A DNA stretch of 64,000 nucleotides from Rebecca billardiae RCC1528 (taxonomy: Eukaryota > Protista > Haptophyta). The notes beneath the pieces were generated by a model. It made no database searches. It was not told where the DNA came from and worked only from the letters and a program-made list of their open reading frames with translations. The position numbers and the translations under genes were made by a program. Shown here piece by piece: positions 1 through 8,671 of this stretch (positions are counted from its first letter, which is position 1; every line of letters starts with the position of its first letter). The stretch spans positions 1,798,001-1,862,000 of the forward strand of contig OZ251223.1 in the NCBI GenBank assembly GCA_965240325.2, in the 5' to 3' direction.

Positions 1-364
1 AGCGCTGCGCCTTGAGGAAGTGCGGCGTCTGCACAGACTCGGCCGAGGAGGCGGCGAGCCGGCTGGAGAACTCGTCCCAAGCGATCTGCCCGTCCCCATT
101 CGCGTCGACCCGCCTCGTGAACTCGCGCACCTGTGCGTCATTCAGCTCGGGGTTGATGCGCCTGAGCGCGTGACGGAACTCGTCCGCTGAGAGCACGCCG
201 TCGCTGTTCACGTCGAAGTTTTTGAAGATGCTCACAATGCGCCGATGCTCAAGCTGTAGCGCCTCGTTCCTTGCCGTGTTCCTGCGGAGCCCCGCCTCGC
301 GCGCGCGCCTCAGCTCGGCGCCCGTCACGATCGCGCCCGGCCCGACGTAGCTGCGGTTCGGCAT
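1..364 (-). CDS. EF-hand Ca2+-binding protein (3' part runs off the window)
   Basis: Frame absent from the ORF track because no stop lies in the window. ATG at 364 gives MPNRSYVGPG...IFKNFDVNSDGVLSADEF...VDANGDGQIAWDEF, with two canonical DxNxDGxxxxxE EF-hand loops. Confidence 0.85.
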   Translation of the reverse strand, partial: MPNRSYVGPGAIVTGAELRRAREAGLRRNTARNEALQLEHRRIVSIFKNFDVNSDGVLSADEFRHALRRINPELNDAQVREFTRRVDANGDGQIAWDEFSSRLAASSAESVQTPHFLKAQR

Positions 365-525
365 TCTGTGGTCCGAGCTGTAGAAGACCGGGCTGGACCG
401 GGAGGCGCTGCGGTCGGGAGCCGCGGGCGCCCGGATCGGAAAAGCCGCCACCAAAAGCGGGCGATTGTAGAACATGTAACAGCATTTTCGGCCCTCCACG
501 GTCCCACGATGGCGGATGCCGGCCC

Positions 526-2031
526 ATGTGGCATGCCATCGTGCTAGTGATCATCGCGTGGCTAGCTCAGTATGCACAGTGCACCACCATCCAGCCGGCC
601 GCTATCCAGGTCAGCCGGCTCAAACACGGCTTCCGGATCGCACAGCGCGCCAACGGCACGCGCCCGCTGCTGCACTCTGGGTGCAACGCGCGCACCATGC
701 TTGCGGTAGCCGAGCGCATTGCCCGAGCGCATGAGTACTCGCGCTGGCTGCGCCGTGACGGGCGCGTGAGGGTCTTCGAGTACGACGCATCCACGAGCGT
801 GCGTGGCTGTTTGAACCAACCCGCCTCGAGCTACTGCACGGCGGAGGACTTTGCGTGTAGCAAGCGGCAGCGGCTGATGGGCTCGCTCTCTGCGCGACTG
901 AACGCGTCGTCGAGCGCGCTCGCGCGCACGCTCGACCCGGCGGCCGCGGACCTCCTGGTGATCCCGTGCTACGCCCTGCCGCAGGCGCACGCGCGCCGAC
1001 TGCCGCACCTCACTGCCCACAGCGCTCACCGCCACGTGCTCATCTTCGCGCAGACGATCGACGCGCCGCCCGCGTGCGACCTGCGCGAGCGCTGGCCCGT
1101 GCAGCTGTTCAACCTGCAGTGGCCCGCGCACTGTGGGCATGCGCCGGGGGGCTTCGACCCGTCGTCGCTGCCGTACCCGTCGGAGCGGCAGGCGCCGCGC
1201 GCTGAGCCCGCCGGACGCGCCCGTGCGCGCCCCGTGCTCGCATCCTTCATCGGGCACGCACACGGCACGGCGGCCGCCCTCCGCTCGAACGTGATGGCCG
1301 CGTGCCGCGCGGCGCCCTCTGCGGAGTGCTCGTACGCGGGGCCAAAGGAGATGGGCTCGCGCGCGGAGCTCCACGCGCTCAAGCGGCGCTCTACGTTCTG
1401 CCTCGAGGTCGCGGGCGACACGGCGTACCGCCAGTCGCTCACCGACGACCTGCTCGCCGGCTGCATCCCCGTGCTGCTCTCTCCCGAGATGGCCTCGCAG
1501 CACGGGCTGCACTGGCACGCGTGGCGCAACGCGACCACGGTGCTCGCCACGTGGGTCGGCGGCGAGGCGGCGCCACGCGCCGTGCGCGTGGTGCATGCGC
1601 GCACACCACGAGCGCGCGTCCCTTCGGCGGCCACAGTGCGCCGCGCGGCCGCAACCGAGTCCGCCGACGACCGTCCGGTGGACGTGCCCGCGCGCGCCGC
1701 GGCGTCACTCGGCGCGGGCGATGCGATCAGGCTGCGCGCGAGTTCGTTTGCCGCGCTGCTCGCGCAGCTCATGGCGCTCAGGGATGGCGGTGGCACGAGT
1801 GTCGCACGCATGCGGCAGACGATCGACGCGCACTCTGCGAGCCTGCGCTATCGCGACGACCTGGACCGGGCGGGTCAGGCCGGCGTGCGGGCCGATCTCG
1901 ACGCTCTCGATACGCTCTTTGTGGCCGCCGCGATGATTGCCGAGGAGATGGAGGGCGCGTGCTCCCGCGCAGTGCGCCTGGGGACCATGCACGCGTCCGA
2001 GCTGGCACGGCTTGCCGTCCCTTATGGCTAG
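526..2031 (+). CDS. Exostosin-family (GT47) glycosyltransferase
   Basis: Hydrophobic N-terminal anchor MWHAIVLVIIAWLAQ from ATG 526; RVRVFEYD, DPAAADLLVIP and the GT47 signature STFCLEVAGDTAYRQSLTDDLLAGCIPV. Confidence 0.8.
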   Translation: MWHAIVLVIIAWLAQYAQCTTIQPAAIQVSRLKHGFRIAQRANGTRPLLHSGCNARTMLAVAERIARAHEYSRWLRRDGRVRVFEYDASTSVRGCLNQPASSYCTAEDFACSKRQRLMGSLSARLNASSSALARTLDPAAADLLVIPCYALPQAHARRLPHLTAHSAHRHVLIFAQTIDAPPACDLRERWPVQLFNLQWPAHCGHAPGGFDPSSLPYPSERQAPRAEPAGRARARPVLASFIGHAHGTAAALRSNVMAACRAAPSAECSYAGPKEMGSRAELHALKRRSTFCLEVAGDTAYRQSLTDDLLAGCIPVLLSPEMASQHGLHWHAWRNATTVLATWVGGEAAPRAVRVVHARTPRARVPSAATVRRAAATESADDRPVDVPARAAASLGAGDAIRLRASSFAALLAQLMALRDGGGTSVARMRQTIDAHSASLRYRDDLDRAGQAGVRADLDALDTLFVAAAMIAEEMEGACSRAVRLGTMHASELARLAVPYG

Positions 2032-2549
2032 CATGCTGGCACGGCCTGAGTGCATCTCGGCGTCGTCGGACTCAAAGTCTGCGGCGGACGGAGTCGGAAT
2101 CTCCGCCATGTCCATGGCGAGCACGGGATCGGACTTGTCAGTCGGTCGGTGCGACACCGGACACGATGCCCGCCCCATGCCGGTTGGTTAATAAATTGGC
2201 CCGTGACGATAGTGCCGGCAGGCACTTCAGTGACGACACACTGCGCGGCTCACAGTCCGAATCAGCATCATCGCCGAGTGGCGAGCACGGCATGCCGTGA
2301 GCCACGACCCGACTCAGCACCGTCACCGCCGCTCCTGCGAGCCACCGCCAGACCTCATACTCGTGAAACGTCTCGACCGTGGTCGTCGTCTCGTCGCCGT
2401 CAACGAGTCATCAGTCAATGCCGGCTCCGCGTGCTTCGTGAAACGCCGCCTGAAGCCGCGCAGCAGGAAGGCAGCTGTCGAATGAGCCGAGGCAGCTCTG
2501 TACTCGTGGTTCAGCTTCAACAAAGCAACGGTTGCTGCACTCGCGGGGC

Positions 2550-2777
2550 TCACACACGTTGTACGTAGTAGCCGTGCGGTATCAGCGGGTCGCGCGCGAC
2601 TGATCGCCGATCACGCCCATAGATGCAGTCCATGACGCACTTGCACGGCATGCACAGGCACTGGCAAACGAAGCAAAAGGCGTCCGCAACCAGGCCACAC
2701 ATGCGCGTGCACAGCTCGCAGATGCCGTTCACGCAGGTGCTCACACACTCGCACGGCAGGCAGAGTAGCTTGCACAT
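2550..2777 (-). CDS. Small cysteine-rich protein (75 aa, 15 Cys in the first 51 residues)
   Basis: Methionine-initiated ORF with mostly TGC Cys codons and an internal duplication CKLLCLPCECVSTC / CQCLCMPCKCVMDC. It is divergent from the Clp gene. Confidence 0.6.
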   Translation of the reverse strand: MCKLLCLPCECVSTCVNGICELCTRMCGLVADAFCFVCQCLCMPCKCVMDCIYGRDRRSVARDPLIPHGYYVQRV

Positions 2778-3110
2778 TCCTGTCAGCTACAGAAGCGCTC
2801 GACGGCCGACGCGATGGGCACGGCGGTGCGAGGGACGCGGCCGCCCGCGCCCGCCAGGCTCAGCCTGGCTATCGTGCCCGTTCGCCTCCACCGGTCGTTA
2901 CCACCACCCGTGCTATCATAAATATCGCCATGTATGCGAACCGGCGCACCCATGTAACCGCCTGGCCGGAGAGTGTCGGCAGGGAAAAAAGTGCTTTCCC
3001 GAAGCTGCTCGAGGCGTGGCGGTGCATCCGGCTTTTGTGAGGCGCGAAACTCACGCCCGCGGACTCGCCGGCTGCTGATGATGCGCGACACCTGCGAGCG
3101 GCGGCGCGCG

Positions 3111-4850
3111 ATGAAGGGCGCGGCACTGCTTGCCGCGGCGCTCGTCTTCGCGGCGCCGGCGCACGGCGCGGCGGGTGTTGCAAAGCTCTTCGGGTCCTCC
3201 GCGCCCGCCCGCTCGGCATACTGCGCCCCTCGGCGCGCGCCTGCCGCGCCGCGCGGCGCCGGCGTGCGCATGATGTTTGATCGCCTCGACAAGACGGCGG
3301 TGCGCGCGCTGATGGAGGCGCAGAAGGAGGCGAAGCGCAACGGCGGGTCGGAGGTGACGACGGCACACGTCATCATTGGCCTCGCTTCGCAGAAGGACGC
3401 CACCGCCGAGGCCCTCCGCCAGCTCGGCGTCACGCCTGGCAGCGTGCGCGACGTGCTGAGCAAGAATGGTGAGGCGGACACGTCCGACCTCGGCCGCGTG
3501 GCGCGGCTGTTCCAGCTGCAGACGAACGACACGCCGCTCCCCTTCTCGGCCGAGACCGAGGCCGCGCTGCAGGCCGCGCTGACCGAGGCCAACCCCGCCG
3601 CCGACCGCGAGCTTGGCGGCGCGTCCGGCGCAATCAGCTGCTCGAACGTGCTTGAGGGCATCTTGGCGGCGGACGAGTCGAGCGCGGTGGCGCTGCTGCG
3701 CGACGAGCTGGAGGTGGACGTGCCGGCGCTGCGGCGGATGCTCGCCGAGGGCCTCCTGCCTGAGCCCGAGCTCGTCGGCGCCGGCGGCGCCGACCGCCTC
3801 AAGCCCAACTCGACGCTCGCGCAGTGCGGCGTCGACCTGACCAAGCAGGCGCAGAACGGAGAGCTTGATCCCGTGTACGGCCGCGACGAGGAGATCGAGC
3901 GAATGATGCAGACGCTGGTGCGCCGGCGGAAGAACAACCCGTGCCTCGTGGGCGACCCGGGCGTGGGCAAGACCGCGCTCGTCGAGGGCCTCGCCCTGCG
4001 CATCGTCGAGGGCCGCGTGCCGCCCAAGCTGCGCAACAAGCGGCTCTTCTCGCTCGAGCTCGGCCTGCTCGTCGCCGACACAAAGTACCGCGGCGAGTTC
4101 GAGGAGCGGCTGCGGAACATCCTCGACGAGATCGACAACTCGACGATCGTCTTCATCGACGAGCTGCACACGCTCATCGGCGCGGGCTCGGCCGAGGGCG
4201 GCATCGACGCCGCCAACCTGCTCAAGCCGGCGCTCGCGCGCGGCAAGGTGCAGGTGATCGGGGCGACCACGCTCGCCGAGTACCGCAAGCACATCGAGAA
4301 GGACGCGGCGCTCGAGCGGCGGTTCCAGCCGATCGTGGTGGGCGAGCCGAGCGTGGAGCAGACCGTGGACATCCTCCGCGCGCTCGCGCCCACCTACGCC
4401 GAGCACCACGGCGTGAGCGGCTACTCGGAGGAGGCGATCGACGCGGCCGCGCGCCTCTCGGACCGCTTCATCGCCGACAGGTTCCTTCCGGACAAGGCCA
4501 TCGACGCGCTCGACGAGGCGGGCGCGGCGGTGCAGCTGCGCATGGCGGGCGAGGCGGCGGCGGCGGCGCACGCCGAGCCGGCGGCGTCGGCCGAGCCCGC
4601 GCAGCCCCCTGCGCCGCTGCCCGAGGTCTCACTGGAGGACGTCGCCAAGGTGGTGAGCCGCTGGTCGGGCGTGCCGGTCGAGCGGCTCTCGCAGGCGGAG
4701 GCGACGCAGCTGCTCGAGCTCGAGGCCGCGCTGCACCGCCGCGTGGTCGGGCAGCGGCCGGCGGTGAGCGCGCTCGCGCGCGCGATCCGGCGCGCGCGCG
4801 TCGGCCTCCGCTCGCCCCGCCGCCCCGTCGCGTCCTTCGTCTTCTCCGGC

Positions 4851-4885
<35 letters not shown>

Positions 4886-6262
4886 TGTGGCCGAGCACTA
4901 CTACGGCTCGGAGAAGGCGATGGTGCGCCTGGACATGAGCGAGTACATGGAGGTGCACACGGCGGCGCTGCCCTGCGCGCGCGAGGGGAGGGGGGGGGGG
5001 GGGGCGTGGGGCGGGCGGTGTAGGGGGGGGAGGAGCAGGGGAGCCGGGCGCGCGCGCGCGCGCGCGCGCGCGCGGACGACGCGCGCCGTCCCTCGCGTCC
5101 CGTGCCCCGCGCCCGGCCCGATCTGCGTGCGGCGCTGCTCCGCTCTGCGCGCTCCGCTCCGCTCACGCGCTCGCTCGCGCGCGCGTGCGTGCGCAGGCGC
5201 ACACGGTCGCGCGGCTGGTCGGCCCGCCGCCGGGCTACATCGGCTTCGACGAGGGCGGCCAGCTCACCGAGGCCGTGCGCCGCCGTCCGCACTCCGTTGT
5301 GCTGCTCGACGAGATCGAGAAGGCCCACCCCGACGTCTTCAACGCGCTGCTGCAGGTGCGGGGCGCAGCCGGCGCCGGCGCCGCGCGCCGCGCGGCCGGG
5401 CTCGGCGTCGGCTGCGTGCGGCGCGCGGCAGCGCTCACCCTCCTGCCTCGCGCACGGCCGCCCCCGCGCGCGGCTGCGGCAGGTTCTGGAGGACGGGCGC
5501 CTGACGGACGGGAAGGGCCGAACCGTCGACTTCACCAACACGATGCTCATCCTCACCTCGAACGTCGGCAGCCAGGCCATCCTCGAATCGCTCGGGGACG
5601 CCGAGCCGGCCGCGCGGCCGGGCGAAGGCGGCATGGAGGTGACGGTGCGCACGCCGACCAGGCCCGCCGCGGAGCCGGCCGAGAACGGCGCGGCGTCGGA
5701 GACTGCTCGGATCGAGCAGGTGGTGAAGGACGAGATGTCCTCGCGCTTCCGCCCCGAGTTCCTCAACAGGCTCGACCAGATCATCGTCTTCCACCCGCTC
5801 TCGCGCTCGGACGTGGCCGCGATCTCGGGCCTGATGCTGAGCGAGGTGTTCGAGCGCTCGGCCGAGCAGGGCGTGCAGCTCGAGCTCTCGGACGCGCTCA
5901 CCGAGCAGCTGATCGACGAGGGGTACGACGCGCAGTACGGCGCGCGCCCGCTGCGCCGCGCCGTGCAGCGCCTCGTCGAGGACGTCGCGGCCGAGTGCCT
6001 CCTCGACGGCTTCGCTGCGGGCGGTGGGGCGCTCGCGTTCGACGTCGGAGACAACGGCGGCGGGAGCTGCGTGCGCTGCTCAAACGCGCGGGGTGAGGTG
6101 CGCACGCTCGATGTGGCGGCCGCGCAGGGCATCGAGCGAGGGAGCGCGGCGCAACGCGCGGACGCTTCGGCGGCGGCCCGGGCCAACGAGGCTTCTGCTC
6201 AGAGCGCGGACCCAACCACCATGCCGGAGGCGACGGAGACGGCACCCGCGTCTGCTCGATGA
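3111..6262 (+). CDS. Plastid-targeted Clp/Hsp100 AAA+ ATPase (ClpC/ClpD-like), 3 exons: 3111-4952, 5197-5355, 5483-6262
   Basis: Signal peptide [19 protein letters not shown] plus an Arg/Ala-rich transit; Clp-N domain; NBD1 [18 protein letters not shown] and FIDELH; NBD2 [12 protein letters not shown]. Removing GT-AG introns 4953-5196 and 5356-5482 restores RLDMSEYME|[16 protein letters not shown] and ALLQ|VLEDGRLTD; C-terminal [10 protein letters not shown] and YGARPLRR. Confidence 0.93.
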
Positions 6263-6509
6263 TCGATCGGATCATCGTGCTGTAGCCCCCTGTATCATCT
6301 GTCATCATCGTCATGCAGCATGCCATACTGTTATTGAGCAGCATCACTACAATGACTTCCGGGACGACCGAGAACACTGGCTGATGCGGCTTGCACGCTG
6401 CGCAAGGGGATGAAGGTCACGACTGGCCTGGCATCGCCCAACTAAGCTGCTTGTGAGTTTGACGACCGCATCATGCGCGCTTGCAAGCGCGCGATGCTGG
6501 TGGCGGATG

Positions 6510-7874
6510 CTATTGCTGCGCAACGTACGTGTTCACCAGCTCGACGAGCTGCGCGAGGAAGGGCTTGAACACGCCCTCGGGCAGGAAGCCCAGCAGGTGC
6601 GCCGCGTCGAGGCACGCCTCGAACGCGACGAAGAGCAGGATGCGCGACTCGAGCCGCGTCGAGTGCTTGTTCACCACGACCGAGTTCACGTTCTGTAGGC
6701 TCTCGTGCGCGTACATGAGCTTGCGGTTGAGCGCGCCGATGCGCTGGCCGATCTCGAGCTCGCGGTGCAGCTGCTGGTACAGCGCGTCCCGCGCCGAGTC
6801 CTCCCAGAAGAAGTCGGGCGTCTCGACGATGTCCGCGTCCAGGTTGAACTCGCGCAGCTGCATCACCTTGCCGATGTGCCCGTTCACCTGCGTCAGCGTG
6901 ATGAAGTTGGCGTTGCCCGTCTCGGCGAGCTTGTGCGAGAAGCCGCGCATCGCGTCGAGGGTGGTCTCCGCGTGCGACTCGACGCGCGCAAGCTTGACGC
7001 ACTGCACGAGCGCGTACGAGAATGCCAGCCGGTCGAGCGCGTCGCTCTCGGCCGCGCGCTCGCGCCAGCCCTCCGAGTGCGCAAAGGCCGGGCGCGCGAT
7101 CCAGATCGCGTCGTCGCGCACGCCGCTCTGGCCGTCGTCGTGCGTGTACAGCCAGTCCATCTGCTCGGACTCCTCGCTCGGGAGCGTCGGGTCGCGCGCC
7201 GCCTCCGCCGACTTGCGCGAGCCCAGCAACCGGCCGAGCGGCGCCCAGCCGCGCGCGCTCGCCCCCTCGGCGCGGCGCGGCGTGAAGGTGCGCACGACGT
7301 TGAGGAAGAGCTCCTCCTCCTGCACGCGCAGGTTCCACAGCACGAGCGCGCCCGAGGCGAAGAGGAAGGCGTCGACGGGCGCGGGCAGCGCGTGCTCGTC
7401 GTGCTCCCCCGCCGAGCGCGCCGAGGGCAACGCCACGTGCACGGCGTCGGTGACGCCGGGCAGCGTGCGAACGGTGTGCTCGCTTCGTCGCAGGAAGCCG
7501 ACGAGGGAGTCAAAGTCGAATTGGATCGAGTGCGCGACGCAGCGCATGCGCGCCGGCGCGTCGTCCGGCACGGGGACATCGTGGACGACGTTGTGCACGC
7601 GCGCCGTCTTCGTCACGCGCCGCCGGCTCTTGCGCACCTCGACCTCGTGCTTCATCCACTCCTGCGCGATGCGCTTGCCGAGCGACGCGTCGTCCTGCTC
7701 GGAGATGACCGCCTTGAGCTTCTGCAGGATCTGCTGCGCGGGGCGCTCCTCCTCGTCGGCGGGGCCACCCGAGCTCGAGCTCGCGAGCCGCGCGCCGCAC
7801 GTGCGCGCCGGACGCACGGCGAGCGGCAGCGGTGCCACCCTGCGCAGGGCGAGCCGACGCGCGAGGGCCGCCAT
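6510..7874 (-). CDS. RMD1/RMND1-like protein (DUF155), probably mitochondrial
   Basis: Arg/Ala/Leu-rich presequence MAALARRLALRR; motifs FLFASGALVLWN, FSYALVQCVKL, ETPDFFWE, ELEIGQRIGALNRKL and HSTRLE followed by a C-terminal TM. Confidence 0.85.
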   Translation of the reverse strand: MAALARRLALRRVAPLPLAVRPARTCGARLASSSSGGPADEEERPAQQILQKLKAVISEQDDASLGKRIAQEWMKHEVEVRKSRRRVTKTARVHNVVHDVPVPDDAPARMRCVAHSIQFDFDSLVGFLRRSEHTVRTLPGVTDAVHVALPSARSAGEHDEHALPAPVDAFLFASGALVLWNLRVQEEELFLNVVRTFTPRRAEGASARGWAPLGRLLGSRKSAEAARDPTLPSEESEQMDWLYTHDDGQSGVRDDAIWIARPAFAHSEGWRERAAESDALDRLAFSYALVQCVKLARVESHAETTLDAMRGFSHKLAETGNANFITLTQVNGHIGKVMQLREFNLDADIVETPDFFWEDSARDALYQQLHRELEIGQRIGALNRKLMYAHESLQNVNSVVVNKHSTRLESRILLFVAFEACLDAAHLLGFLPEGVFKPFLAQLVELVNTYVAQQ

Positions 7875-8671
7875 CGTCGCGCGGCCCAAGGAGAGACCAG
7901 CAAACCGGAGCGTTGCGCCAGCTGGACAAACTCGAAGGACCCAAGACCCAGGATCCTTGGACTTGTGGAGGGCCCTGGCGAGACCTGCACTCGGATCGGG
8001 GCCCTCTCTGGCTGTGCCGCTTTCGGCGCACGCCCGGCCGCGCGGCGGGCGACGTGTGCGCACGCCGTGCAGCTCGCGGCGCGTGCGCATTGGCTAGCTG
8101 GCACACGTCTCCCGACGCACAAGGCAAATGACCGCAGCTGGGATGCTCTTTCGCGCCGCAAGAACGCGTGCGAGGCCGGTCGCCGCGGCCGAGCGGCGTG
8201 GCCGTGCCGCCTGCACGCTGGGCGCCCATGGACGTGGCTTCGCCGCGCGCGCTGAGGCCGGCGAGCGTCGCGACCGACTTCCACGACGCGTGCGACGCGC
8301 CATCTGCCCGCTTCCTTGCCTGTGACGCACGTCTTCTGCGGGCAATGGCGACTCGCGCGCCCATGCGGCGGCGAAGCCGCCATCCGCCGCGCTTTGCCGT
8401 TGGACAGCGCGGAACATTTCTTTTTGAAAAGCGCCGAATCGCCGATCTGAAAAGACCGGAAGGCGTTTGTCCAGCTGGCGGCGCAACGCCCCTGAATGCG
8501 GGCCATGATCGGAATATCGGATGGCTTTTCTGGGAAACTTCAAACTTCGCACTGATGATCACCACACCGGCGACTTGGCCGAGAACTTGGGACCGGTCGG
8601 TGACGGCCGCGACGCACGCGATCAGGCGGCCGCAGGCCGCTCGCACGATAAGCTTCACCAACATTGCGCAT

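Noticed and set aside
8168-8671. N-terminal ORF extension of the RNA-repair gene (similar extensions at 271-525, 7875-8090, 18019-18168 and 32824-33315)
   Set aside because: Non-ATG or promoter-like sequence with A/T runs and no coding bias; the downstream ATGs give sensible N-termini.
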